Of a stretch of 48,118 nt of DNA, positions 8,174 to 17,693 are shown in pieces. A program made the translations under genes and the position numbers. Under the pieces are notes generated by a model, which was not told the origin of the DNA, did not search any database, and worked only from the letters and a program-made list of their open reading frames with translations. How positions within the stretch are numbered: the first letter of the stretch is position 1; each line of letters starts with the position of its first letter. Source of the stretch: an uncultured Porphyromonadaceae bacterium (GTDB lineage Bacteria > Bacteroidota > Bacteroidia > Bacteroidales > Muribaculaceae); contig URZG01000001.1 in assembly GCA_900552325.1 (NCBI GenBank), positions 1-48,118 of the forward strand, written 5' to 3'.

Positions 8174-10177
8174 ATGCGCAGAATACTTTGGATGAGATGG
8201 CTCATGATCGCGGCGGTAGCCCTGGCGGTGGCCGCCTGCGCCTCCATAGGGCGCCCCGAGGGGGGACCACGCGACGAGGAGGCTCCGGTGTTCGTGCGCT
8301 CGAACCCCATGCCGGGCGCCGTGAACGTGGACCGCGGACGCATCGACATCTTCTTCGACGAAAACATAAAACTCGAGGACGCCTCCAACAAGATCGTGGT
8401 GTCGCCGGCACAGGCACAAAGCCCCGCCATATCATCCAACGGCCGGCGCGTATCGGTGGAGTTCCGCGACACGATCGTGCCCGACGCCACCTACACCATC
8501 GACTTTTCCGACGCCATCCGCGACCTCAACGAAGGGAATATACTCGACAATTTCGCCATAGACTTCGCCACAGGCCCCGCCATCGACTCGCTCCGGATCT
8601 CGGGCATGGTGTTCGAGGCCCGCACACTCGAGCCCGCGCAGGGGATGGTAGTAGGGGTCTATTCCGACCTCAGCGACACCGCCGTAACATCACTGCCGAT
8701 GGAGCGCGTGGCCAAGACCAACCAGTACGGCCAGTTCACCATCCGCGGGCTCAAACCGGGGGAATACCGTATCTTCGCCATCGACGACCGCAACCACGAC
8801 TGGCGCTGGGACCGCTCGGAAAATGTGGCCTTCTACCCCCTGACAATATCGCCGACGGCACAGACCGTGGAGCTCACCGACACTCTCCTCTCCTCGGGGC
8901 GACGCGACTCCACGGCCACACGCCTGGCCACACAGTTCCTTCCCGACGACATACTGCTGACATGGTTCAACGAAAACTACCGCACACAATATCTGCGCGA
9001 TTACAAACGTCCGCAGCGGCGGCAGTTGACTTTCCTCTTCGGCGCTCCGACAGCCGAGGCGCCGCAGTTCACCGTGGCCAACGGCCCGCTGGCCGGGCGT
9101 TCGCTTGACGAGGAGGGGATCGCCGTGATGGAGACGCGCCCCGAACGCGACTCGCTCGTGTACTGGCTGCGCGACCCCGTGCTGGTGGCCCAGGACTCCC
9201 TTTTCATCGCCGCCCGATACCAGAAAACCGACTCCCTGGAGCAGCTTGCCTGGCAGACCGACACGCTGAAAATGTTTTTCCGCGATCCCAAACCCAAGAA
9301 AAAGGAGAAGAACGACACCCTCCCCCCCGAACCGGTATTCCTGACTTTCCGCAACATCGGCCAGAATCCTCAGGAGCTGAACCTGCCGATGCGTTTCGAG
9401 GCATCGGAGCCGCTTGACTCCATACCCGCGGGCGCTCTCCGGCTGGAGATGGCCGTGGATACCTTGTGGACTGCCGTGCCGCTCTCTTCTGCCTTTCCCG
9501 ACTCCCTATCCATGCGCTTCTGGACTCTCCCGGTGCAATGGCAGGAAGGCGCCAGATACCGGCTGCAGGCCGACTCCCTGGCCATACAGAACATATACGG
9601 CGAGGGGATACGCCCGCTGAAACTGGAGTTCACAACGCGCCAGATGGCCGACTACGGCACTGTGCGGCTGAATATCACCGATATACCATACGACTCGCTC
9701 GGCACGGTGCCGGTGGTCGTGGAGCTGCTTGACAATCAGGACAAGCCGGTAAAATCCACCCCGGCCGTGACCGGTCAGGGCGCCACATTCACCCACCTGC
9801 TGCCGGGGGCATACTATGCCCGCGCGTTCATCGACCTCAACGGCAACGGTGTGTGGGATACGGGCAACCTCGCAGCCGGCCATCCCGCCGAGGAGGTGTT
9901 CTACTATCCCAAGAAGCTCAACGTGCGCAAGAACTGGGATATAGCGCAGGACTGGGCGATGTTCGACCTCCCCGTTGACCTCCAGAAGCCCAACGACATC
10001 AAGAAGAACAAGCCCAAGACCAAGGAAGATCCTCTCCGCGGAGCCAACGGCGACGAGGACGAGGAGGAGACCGACGACCCGTTCGGCCAGGACTCATGGG
10101 GCAACGGCTCGCAATACAACAACGCACACCGTTTCAGCGGTGGCGCCGGAATGCAGACAGTGAAGAAAACCCAGTGA
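8174..10177 (+). CDS. Ig-like (Big_5) domain lipoprotein
   Basis: Lipobox AVAAC then ASIGRPEGGPRDEEAP, a Bacteroidetes conserved N-terminus; ATG at 8174 preferred over GTG 8153. Confidence 0.8.
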   Translation: MRRILWMRWLMIAAVALAVAACASIGRPEGGPRDEEAPVFVRSNPMPGAVNVDRGRIDIFFDENIKLEDASNKIVVSPAQAQSPAISSNGRRVSVEFRDTIVPDATYTIDFSDAIRDLNEGNILDNFAIDFATGPAIDSLRISGMVFEARTLEPAQGMVVGVYSDLSDTAVTSLPMERVAKTNQYGQFTIRGLKPGEYRIFAIDDRNHDWRWDRSENVAFYPLTISPTAQTVELTDTLLSSGRRDSTATRLATQFLPDDILLTWFNENYRTQYLRDYKRPQRRQLTFLFGAPTAEAPQFTVANGPLAGRSLDEEGIAVMETRPERDSLVYWLRDPVLVAQDSLFIAARYQKTDSLEQLAWQTDTLKMFFRDPKPKKKEKNDTLPPEPVFLTFRNIGQNPQELNLPMRFEASEPLDSIPAGALRLEMAVDTLWTAVPLSSAFPDSLSMRFWTLPVQWQEGARYRLQADSLAIQNIYGEGIRPLKLEFTTRQMADYGTVRLNITDIPYDSLGTVPVVVELLDNQDKPVKSTPAVTGQGATFTHLLPGAYYARAFIDLNGNGVWDTGNLAAGHPAEEVFYYPKKLNVRKNWDIAQDWAMFDLPVDLQKPNDIKKNKPKTKEDPLRGANGDEDEEETDDPFGQDSWGNGSQYNNAHRFSGGAGMQTVKKTQ

Positions 10178-11043
10178 CGCATACGGCCATGATCGACAAG
10201 GAACTGATACAAAACCCGCAGCTATGGCAGCTTGTGGCCGAGATCTCCCCCACGGAGTTGTCGGCGATGGCTTTCTGCCCTTTCGAGGAGGGTGCGCTCC
10301 AGCGCATGGCCGTGCCGTTGAAAGGCTCCACTGCCGCCGAGTCGCTCCAGGCACTTGAAAGCGCGGTCTACGACAATCCCGGGCTGCTTGTGGACTTCGG
10401 TTCGATAACGGTGCTGTGGCGTACATGCCGTTTCGCGCTGATGCCGGGCTTCGTGACCGATGCCGCCGTGGCCGCCGAGGTGCTCCGCCGGGAATTCCCC
10501 GCCGACAGTTCGGACCCAGCTTACGAACAGATGTGCGACCGTTGGCCGGCGCTGGATGTAAGGCTTGAATACGAGGTGCCGGAGCAGACGGCGAACTTCA
10601 TACGCCGCACGTTCGTCAATCCCGCCATGCACCATGCCCTGTCGCCGCAGGCCGTGTGGTTCGGCCACCGGCACAGCGGACGCACACGGGGCAAGACCCT
10701 CGTGAATCTGGGCGCCTCCACTATGGATGTGGTGGTGCTCGGCGACCGCGCGCCGCTGCTCGCCAACACGTTCCACTGCCCCGACAATGCCGATGCGGCC
10801 TACTACATCCTGGCCATACGCCAGACCCTTGATCTGCGGCAGACCGACGAGATAATAATTGCCGGCGACGCACGCCGACGCGCGGCCCTCACCCCGGTGT
10901 TGCGCCGGTATGTGTCGTACGTGATGCCCGCGATTTTTCCCGCCGAGCTTTTCCGTGCGGGCCGCGGGATTCTGTCGTGCCCGTTCGAGACGGCCATAAC
11001 ACCTGTATCCTTCATCGGATGCGGCGAACCTGAAAACGAATAA
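10174..11043 (+). CDS. DUF3822 family protein
   Basis: LESAVYDNP, LLANTF, DAAYYIL motifs; usual position upstream of rsmD in Bacteroidales; start could be GTG 10174 or ATG 10189. Confidence 0.75.
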   Translation: MTHTAMIDKELIQNPQLWQLVAEISPTELSAMAFCPFEEGALQRMAVPLKGSTAAESLQALESAVYDNPGLLVDFGSITVLWRTCRFALMPGFVTDAAVAAEVLRREFPADSSDPAYEQMCDRWPALDVRLEYEVPEQTANFIRRTFVNPAMHHALSPQAVWFGHRHSGRTRGKTLVNLGASTMDVVVLGDRAPLLANTFHCPDNADAAYYILAIRQTLDLRQTDEIIIAGDARRRAALTPVLRRYVSYVMPAIFPAELFRAGRGILSCPFETAITPVSFIGCGEPENE

Positions 11044-11053
11044 ACAGCCATAT

Positions 11054-11602
11054 ATGAGGATTATACGCGGAAAATACGGCCGACGCCGATTCAACGTGCC
11101 GACAAACATCACGGCACGTCCGACTACGGATTTCGCCAAGGAGAACATCTTCAATGTGCTGGAGAACATAATCGACTTCGAAGAGGAACAGCCCGAAGCG
11201 CTCGACCTCTTCGCCGGCACAGGTGCCATATCGTTCGAACTGCTCAGCCGCGGCTGCCGCGCCGTGACATCGGTGGAGAAGGCCGCCACCCAGGCCGGCT
11301 TCATCCGCAAGGTGGCGAAAGAGCTGGGCGCCGACAACCACACCCTTGTGCGGGGCGATGCGCTCCGTTTCATCGAAACGGGAGGCCATGCCTACGACAT
11401 CGTGTTCGCCGATCCTCCCTACAATCTCCCGGGATTCGGCGAGATTCCGGCCAAGGTGCTGGAATCCAAGCTGCTCCATCCCGGCTCCATCTTCATCATC
11501 GAGCACTCGAAAGCCTACGATTTTTCCACGCTGCCGCACTTCATGGAGCACCGCGCCTACGGCTCGGTGAACTTCTCGATTTTCCGCATACCGCAAGACT
11601 GA
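11054..11602 (+). CDS. rsmD: 16S rRNA m2G966 methyltransferase
   Basis: MRIIRG, RPTTDFAKE, LDLFAGTG, FADPPY. Confidence 0.95.
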   Translation: MRIIRGKYGRRRFNVPTNITARPTTDFAKENIFNVLENIIDFEEEQPEALDLFAGTGAISFELLSRGCRAVTSVEKAATQAGFIRKVAKELGADNHTLVRGDALRFIETGGHAYDIVFADPPYNLPGFGEIPAKVLESKLLHPGSIFIIEHSKAYDFSTLPHFMEHRAYGSVNFSIFRIPQD

Positions 11603-11609
11603 CACGCGC

Positions 11610-12431
11610 ATGGATTATTTCGACTATCCGTTTTTTGTCAATGCCCTGTGGGGAGTGGTGATCATATCGGTGGCGTCGGCCATAGTGGGCACCTATATCG
11701 TGGCGCGCCGGCTTGTGGCGATCTGCGGCGGCATCACCCACGCCTGCTTCGGCGGCCTGGGACTGGGCTGCTTCATGGGGTGGAACCCGCTGGCCGTGGC
11801 GGCGGCGTTCGCCGTGGGCTCGTCGCTGGGAGTGGAATGGCTCTCCGACCGTCAGCGGTTGCGCCAGGATTCGGCGATAGCCGTGATATGGTCGGTGGGG
11901 ATGGCGCTGGGTGTGCTTTTCGTGTTCCTGACCCCGGGGTATGTGCCGGAGCTGAACTCGTTTCTGTTCGGAAATATCCTCACTGTGACCCGCGCCGACC
12001 TGTGGGTTTTCGGAGCCTTTACGGCGATGCTGGCGCTCTTCTTCGCCCTGAACTACCGCCGCATCGTGGCCGTGGCGTTCGACCCGGACTTCGCCCGTGT
12101 GGCAGGGCTGCCGGTGAAATGGATACAGTGCGCCATGTCGGTGCTTGTGGCGCTATGCATAGTGCTGACCATACGCCTGGTGGGGGTAATGCTGCTGATG
12201 GCGGTCATCTCGCTGCCGCAGCTCACCGCCGAGGTGGCATGCCGCCGCTTCGGGGCGATCATGGCCGGCTCGGTGGTGGTGTCGCTGATATGTTCAGTGG
12301 GAGGTCTGTTCCTCTCTATGGCGGTAGATGTGCCCTGCTCGGCGCTTATCGTGATGCTGATGGGCGGGGCTTTCGCGCTGGCCCGTTGTTTCAAGAAAGT
12401 TTTCCGACGTCCGGTTGCCGATGGTGTCTGA
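11610..12431 (+). CDS. Metal (Zn/Mn) ABC transporter permease, ZnuB family
   Basis: GITHACFGG, FLFGNIL, AFDPDFA motifs; multiple TM helices. Confidence 0.9.
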   Translation: MDYFDYPFFVNALWGVVIISVASAIVGTYIVARRLVAICGGITHACFGGLGLGCFMGWNPLAVAAAFAVGSSLGVEWLSDRQRLRQDSAIAVIWSVGMALGVLFVFLTPGYVPELNSFLFGNILTVTRADLWVFGAFTAMLALFFALNYRRIVAVAFDPDFARVAGLPVKWIQCAMSVLVALCIVLTIRLVGVMLLMAVISLPQLTAEVACRRFGAIMAGSVVVSLICSVGGLFLSMAVDVPCSALIVMLMGGAFALARCFKKVFRRPVADGV

Positions 12432-13164
12432 GTCCGACATAAAGAGTTACCGCCGCCGAGGACTGCGCATCCTGGCCGTGGCGATAGTGATTTCGGCGCT
12501 ATGCATCGCCGGATGGTTCGCCTATGACCGGTGGCTCGCCCCGGGCGCCGACCCGTCGGAAGCGCTCTACCCTGTACGCGGGATTGACGTGTCGGCCCAC
12601 AACGGCGACATCGACTTCGACCAGCTCGCCGCCGGAGGGGAGGTGGACTTCATCTACATAAAGGCCACGGAGGGAACGGACTTCCTTGACCGCAATTTCA
12701 TAAACAACTGGAGGGGGGCCGCACGGGTAGGATTGCCGGCGGGAGCATACCACTTCTTCAGGTTCGACACCGACGGCGAACTTCAGGCCATAAATTTCCT
12801 GTGGGCCCTGCGCGGACGTGACTTCGCGCTGCAGCCTGCCATCGACATCGAGGAATGGGGAAACCCCGACGGCCACGCCACAGCCCGCATCGTGGAGCGT
12901 CTGCGCAACATGATCGGTTATATGGAGGCCCACGGGGTAAAGCCGATGCTCTATACTAACAAGGACGGATACTACCGGTTCATCCGCGGAAATTTCGACG
13001 ACTATCCCCTGTGGATCTGCTCCTTCTCCGACCCGCCGCTGGAAGGGAACGCGCCCTGGACTCTATGGCAATACACACACCGCGGGCGTATCGACGGCAT
13101 CTCCACTCCCGTGGATCTCGACTGCGCGCCACGCGGCTTCCCGGCCCGGAGGTCAGGAATGTGA
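12421..13164 (+). CDS. GH25 lysozyme/muramidase with N-terminal membrane anchor
   Basis: GIDVSAHNG, IKATEG, GAYHFF, DIEE, WQYT. Confidence 0.9.
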   Translation: MVSESDIKSYRRRGLRILAVAIVISALCIAGWFAYDRWLAPGADPSEALYPVRGIDVSAHNGDIDFDQLAAGGEVDFIYIKATEGTDFLDRNFINNWRGAARVGLPAGAYHFFRFDTDGELQAINFLWALRGRDFALQPAIDIEEWGNPDGHATARIVERLRNMIGYMEAHGVKPMLYTNKDGYYRFIRGNFDDYPLWICSFSDPPLEGNAPWTLWQYTHRGRIDGISTPVDLDCAPRGFPARRSGM

Positions 13165-13605
13165 GCCGGCAGCTCCGGCACGTGCCTCCGCCACGATCAT
13201 AAGCAGCTCCTCGCGCACTTCGGGCGGGAGTTCTATGCCGCGCAACTGCAGGGACCGGGCCCAGGGGGCGATATCGGCGGGAAGCAGCGTAAGGAGCACA
13301 TCGCGGAACTCCTCGGTCTCGGCTTCGGTATAACTGTCGGCGGGGCGTCCGGCGTATGCGTCGAGTTCCTCGTCATCGAAATATTCTATCTCGGTGCTTA
13401 CACCCGCCAAAAGGGAGTCACGCTCGCATGTGATATGCATCCCGCAGCAGGCTCCCTCCTCGAGGTTGTTGCCGGCGGGAGGGTCCACGACTTTGGGGCC
13501 TGTGAGTTCTCCGGCCTCTCCGCGCCGCACATCGCGACGGTGAAGGAGCCACAACAGAAGCCCTACGGCGCACAGCAGCCCCAGAAGTATAAGAGCGGGA
13601 ATCAT
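13153..13605 (-). CDS. Conserved Bacteroidales hypothetical membrane protein (CCGxHxxCE motif)
   Basis: N-terminal TM helix, CCGMHITCERDSL, YFDDEELD; ATG overlaps the aroA stop (ATGA). Confidence 0.75.
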   Translation of the reverse strand: MIPALILLGLLCAVGLLLWLLHRRDVRRGEAGELTGPKVVDPPAGNNLEEGACCGMHITCERDSLLAGVSTEIEYFDDEELDAYAGRPADSYTEAETEEFRDVLLTLLPADIAPWARSLQLRGIELPPEVREELLMIVAEARAGAAGSHS

Positions 13606-14933
13606 GCGCCTCCTCCTTCCTCCGAGGGTGCCACCAGGGGGGAGCCGTCGGGAGCGGTGATGCGCCCTTCGTCGCTGATGACACACTCGCGCAGGGTGAA
13701 TCCGAGCGAGCGGAGGGCATCCCAGTAGCCGGGGAAAGATTTGTCGACGCACTCCACGTCACGCACCACGGCGCCGGGGATGAACACCCCTGCCGGAGCG
13801 AGAGCCATAGCCAGGCGATGGTCGCCGCGCGGATCAAAGACGGGGAAAGTGACCACAGGGTGACGCTTGCCGTCCCACTCTATGCCGTAGTCGCGGATCA
13901 GCTCGCATACACACCCTATCTTATCCAGCTCCTCGGCGATGGCGCGGAGACGGTCGCACTCCTTTATGGCGAGTCCCTTCAGCCCCACAAGCCGGAACGG
14001 CACGCCGAGCAATGCGGCGCATACGGCCAGCGAAGGCGCGAGATCGGGGGTATCGGAAAGGTCGAGATCGAGTCGGCCGAAAACCTCGGGCGAGGGCTGC
14101 AGGTCAAGAGCCCCTGGAACCTCCTCGGAAGGTTCGGTGACGACGCCGAGCTGCGAGAAATAGTTAACGGCACGGGCATCGCCCTGCAGCGACGCGGGGT
14201 TGAGCCCTTTCACTGTGATCCATCCGGCGGTGACGGCCGTGAGTTCGTAGAAGAACGCGGCCGCCGACCAATCCCCCTCGGCATCGTCCTGCGCCACAGG
14301 GCGGTAAGAGCCGCGCTCTACCGTGACTGACAACGGGGAGCGCTCGGCGGGGATGCTGCGGCGGTCCATCATATCAAGGGTAAGACCGATATAGGGGGCC
14401 GACACCGGCTCGCCGTCAAGGTTGACCGTCAGCCCCTCCTCCATCAGCGGCGCCACCATCAGCAACGCGGAGACGAACTGCGACGACACGGTGGCGTCGA
14501 CCGTCACCTCGCCGCCGCGCAGACGCCGTCCCCGCACCCGCAGAGGGGGATATCCTTCCTCGCCGAGATATTCGATGTCGGCACCACATTCCTTCAGCGC
14601 CACGACAAGCGGCCCCATAGGGCGCCGGAGCATGCGCCCGCAGCCGGTGATGACCGCGCGCTTCCCCTCGGAAGCCGCAACATAGGCGGTGAGGAAACGC
14701 ATGGCCGTACCGCAGTTGTCCACATTGATCTCAACCTCACCGTCCGATTCTCCGAGAACCGCGATGGCGGCACGGAGTATCGCCGTGTCGGCACATTCAG
14801 GGCACCGCGGCGCCGGAGCGCCCGGGGTGAGCGCCGCAAGAATCAGCGCGCGGTTGGCCACCGACTTCGACAGCGGCACCCCGACAAGCCCCTCCTCTAT
14901 CAGTTCCTCGGGGCCGAATATCGAATAATTCAT
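13602..14933 (-). CDS. aroA: 3-phosphoshikimate 1-carboxyvinyltransferase (EPSP synthase)
   Basis: SKSVANR, GTAMRF, SSQFVSALL, KECDR, DHRLAMA, KSFP. Confidence 0.95.
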   Translation of the reverse strand: MNYSIFGPEELIEEGLVGVPLSKSVANRALILAALTPGAPAPRCPECADTAILRAAIAVLGESDGEVEINVDNCGTAMRFLTAYVAASEGKRAVITGCGRMLRRPMGPLVVALKECGADIEYLGEEGYPPLRVRGRRLRGGEVTVDATVSSQFVSALLMVAPLMEEGLTVNLDGEPVSAPYIGLTLDMMDRRSIPAERSPLSVTVERGSYRPVAQDDAEGDWSAAAFFYELTAVTAGWITVKGLNPASLQGDARAVNYFSQLGVVTEPSEEVPGALDLQPSPEVFGRLDLDLSDTPDLAPSLAVCAALLGVPFRLVGLKGLAIKECDRLRAIAEELDKIGCVCELIRDYGIEWDGKRHPVVTFPVFDPRGDHRLAMALAPAGVFIPGAVVRDVECVDKSFPGYWDALRSLGFTLRECVISDEGRITAPDGSPLVAPSEEGGGA

Positions 14934-14939
14934 AACCTT

Positions 14940-16139
14940 TTATTTAACAGTATCCACAGCCGCCGCCAGACGCTCCAGCGCCTCGCGCAGACAGCAGCGG
15001 GGTGTGGCGATGTTGACACGCATGAAACCGGCGCCCTCGGGGCCGAACATCTCGCCGTCGTTCAGGGCCAGTCCGGCATGGTCGGTGAGCAGGCTCACCA
15101 GTCCGTCGTGCGACAGTCCCAGTCCGCGGAAGTCCATCCATATCAGGAACGACGCCTCCGGCTCTATCATCTTCACGCGGGGCATACGCGAGGCAAGGAA
15201 CTCACGGGTGAACCTTATATTGTCCTCTATATACTCCATCGCCTCGGCCAGCCACGGCTCACCGTTGTTATAGGCCGCCTCGGCACCAATGGTCGACACG
15301 AAAGTGGTGGAATCGAACTCGTTGGCCTCAAGCCACTCGAAGAACGGGCGACGCAGCTCGGGATTCTTGACGACGCACCACGAGCTGACAAGCCCGGGGA
15401 TATTGAACGTCTTGGACGGCGCGCCGAACGTTACCGCCACCGCCTCGGCATCCTCGCCGCTGGCGGCGAAAGGATAATGCGGCTCACCGTAGAGCACAAG
15501 GTCGCCGTGGATCTCGTCCGAGAGGACTACCACACCGTAGGTGCGTGCTATCGTGCCGATCCGGGCCAGCACCTCGCGGCTCCACTGCAGACCGATAGGG
15601 TTGTGAGGATTACAGAGAATCATCATCCGCGGACGCTCCCTGGCGATGACATCCTCCAGGGCGTCGAGGTCCATCGAAAAACGGTGGGTCTCCTCGTCCA
15701 GCACAAGCGGAGCCGCAAGCGCCACACGGCCGTTCCCCTCTATGACACGTTTGAAAGGATGATAGACCGGCGGCTGGATCAGCACCTTGTCGCCACGCTG
15801 CGAAAAGAAATTGATGGCGTAGGCGATACCCTTCACCACACCCGGCACGAAAGTGAGCTCCGAACGGTCCACCGACCAGTCGTGACGACGACGCAGCCAG
15901 CTGATGATCGACTCCCAGTACCCCTCGTCGGGGAGCGAGTAGCCGTAAATCGGATGGTCGATACGGCGCCGGAGCGCCTCGGTGATCTCAGGGCACACCG
16001 GGAAATCCATATCCGCGATCCACATCGGAGTAAGATCATCCTTGCCGAAGAAATTCTTCAGCCGGTCAAACTTAGTGCAACCCGACCCGTGACGGTCAAT
16101 CACACGGTCGAAATCATAGATTTTCTTTTCGGTCAACAT
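14940..16139 (-). CDS. MalY/PatB family PLP-dependent C-S lyase
   Basis: PMWIADMDF, LCNPHNP, SDEIHGDL, APSKTFNIPGL. Confidence 0.92.
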   Translation of the reverse strand: MLTEKKIYDFDRVIDRHGSGCTKFDRLKNFFGKDDLTPMWIADMDFPVCPEITEALRRRIDHPIYGYSLPDEGYWESIISWLRRRHDWSVDRSELTFVPGVVKGIAYAINFFSQRGDKVLIQPPVYHPFKRVIEGNGRVALAAPLVLDEETHRFSMDLDALEDVIARERPRMMILCNPHNPIGLQWSREVLARIGTIARTYGVVVLSDEIHGDLVLYGEPHYPFAASGEDAEAVAVTFGAPSKTFNIPGLVSSWCVVKNPELRRPFFEWLEANEFDSTTFVSTIGAEAAYNNGEPWLAEAMEYIEDNIRFTREFLASRMPRVKMIEPEASFLIWMDFRGLGLSHDGLVSLLTDHAGLALNDGEMFGPEGAGFMRVNIATPRCCLREALERLAAAVDTVK

Positions 16140-16523
16140 CGAAGAATTGGTTTAAGAGCGATAACAGGCAAATATACGCATAAAAACCGAAACTCCCGCA
16201 CATTCCCCCGAAAATCGCCAAAAACCACCCTTCCCTCCCTCCCAAACCATCCATACGATCCACCTCTACCTCTCGGCTTTCCTATATATCTTCCTACATG
16301 TATATCTTCCTACATGCTTCCCTACTTTCCTGCCATCCATCCTGTTTCCATTTTCCATACGGTCCACCTCCATCCCATTCTCTCTCATCTTCTCTCATCT
16401 TCTCTCATCCTCACCTCTCGCCTATTATCCACACCATTCATCCCTCCCACAAGCCCCATTTCCCCCAAGACACCATCCAAAGGCGCCTCCATTTTGAAAA
16501 AATTGAAAAAAACATCTCAATAT

Positions 16524-16554
16524 TTTGGTAATAACAAAAAAAGCCGTAATTTTG
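16524..16554 (+). promoter_or_regulatory. Sigma-A promoter for tRNA-Leu
   Basis: TTTG (16524-16527), 19-nt spacer, TAATTTTG (16547-16554). Confidence 0.65.
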
Positions 16555-16571
16555 CACTACCAAAACGCGAT

Positions 16572-16655
16572 GCCCAGGTGGCGGAATGGTAGACGCGCGC
16601 GTTTCAGGTGCGCGTGCCGAGAGGCGTGCAGGTTCGAGTCCTGTTCTGGGCACCA
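16572..16655 (+). tRNA. tRNA-Leu(CAG)
   Basis: Acceptor GCCCAGG/TCTGGGC, anticodon arm CGCGT-TTCAGGT-GCGCG, long variable arm, T arm GCAGG-TTCGAGT-CCTGT, encoded CCA. Confidence 0.95.
16637..16653 (+). repeat. attL core (tRNA-Leu 3' end)
   Basis: AGTCCTGTTCTGGGCAC, 16 of 17 bases identical to 35743-35759. Confidence 0.88.
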
Positions 16656-16656
16656 C

Positions 16657-16705
16657 AAAAGCGGCTTAACAAAGTGATAATCACTAAGTTAAGTCGCTTT
16701 CTTTT
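16657..16705 (+). terminator. Hairpin/terminator downstream of tRNA-Leu
   Basis: AAGCGGCTTAAC...GTTAAGTCGCTT stem followed by T-rich tract. Confidence 0.6.
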
Positions 16706-16709
16706 ATTT

Positions 16710-16729
16710 TTACGTGCATATTACGTGCA
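16710..16729. repeat. Putative integrase arm-type sites (left)
   Basis: TTACGTGCA twice (16710, 16721); the same doublet occurs near the right end. Confidence 0.7.
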
Positions 16730-16762
16730 AAAGGTCTGCACGCAGCCTGGATATTAGGGGGT

Positions 16763-17635
16763 TCACTCTTCTTCGTAATAGTAAGAGTAGTCGATGCCTT
16801 TCATAAACATCTCGCGGTCGTTGATTTTGCCGGTCAAGGCCCCTTTGAGCAAGGTTTTGATGTGGGAGGAATCGACGACGCTCTCGCGCATCGCTGTCAG
16901 ATATTCGTTCTTATCAATCCGGCTCCAGTCCACACAGCGTTTGAGCGAGCGGCGGAGCATCAGGTCGAGCCAGATGCGTGTGCTTCGCCCATTGCCTTCC
17001 ATAAAAGGATGCACCACATTCATCTCGACATACTTGTCGGCGATTTCGTCGAGAGTGGTTTCCGGCATACGCTCAATCGTTGGAATGATGGTCGGAAAGT
17101 GTAGACAGTTAGCAAACGTGAATCCACCTTTCGATATATTTTTGCTCCGTATCTGTCCGGCAAAGTCATACAGTCCGCCAAAGAGATAGGCGTGAATCTG
17201 TTGCAGACACTTTATACTGCCCGGTTCAAGAGAGTTCAGCAATCCGCTTTCAAATAGAGTATACGCCTTCTTGCGGCTCTGCCCGTCAATGGTATTGTCG
17301 CTGTATGTGAACCAATCAAGGAACTTACTTGCACGATTGTTGGGAAAATGTTTGGCAAGAAAAATAACTCCCTCGCTGTTGAGCACATCAGCCTTACGCT
17401 GCTTGCCATCCGGTGCCTCGAATTTGAACCCGTGAGTGGCACTCACGAGTTGAATGCCCTCTTGCCCCAGCTTACGTTTCAGCCAACGCCAATAGTTGCC
17501 GGCCTTGGTATAGTCCGGCTCATCATTGATGGCGCGCACCACATCCGTCGCCGAGAACCACCAGCAGTTGTTCTCGTCATCCCAGACCGCCCTCACTTCG
17601 CGATCATTGAAAAACCGTATAGACTTCTTGCTCAT
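16763..17635 (-). CDS. Fic family adenylyltransferase with BRO-N-like N-terminal domain
   Basis: HPFMEGNGRSTR Fic motif; C-terminal GIDYSYYYE class III-type inhibitory helix; N-terminal VRAVWD..WWFSATDVV. Confidence 0.88.
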   Translation of the reverse strand: MSKKSIRFFNDREVRAVWDDENNCWWFSATDVVRAINDEPDYTKAGNYWRWLKRKLGQEGIQLVSATHGFKFEAPDGKQRKADVLNSEGVIFLAKHFPNNRASKFLDWFTYSDNTIDGQSRKKAYTLFESGLLNSLEPGSIKCLQQIHAYLFGGLYDFAGQIRSKNISKGGFTFANCLHFPTIIPTIERMPETTLDEIADKYVEMNVVHPFMEGNGRSTRIWLDLMLRRSLKRCVDWSRIDKNEYLTAMRESVVDSSHIKTLLKGALTGKINDREMFMKGIDYSYYYEEE

Positions 17636-17693
17636 AACTGTTTATCCGTTTAACATATTTATGTATTCCGGTGGTCTCACAACTATTTGCCAG

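Noticed and set aside
12421..13164. GH25 lysozyme as a prophage endolysin
   Set aside because: Embedded in a housekeeping operon with core-like composition; no phage genes nearby.
15078..16592. 504-aa plus-strand ORF running into tRNA-Leu
   Set aside because: Antisense to the PatB gene, extended by a low-complexity tract lacking stops.
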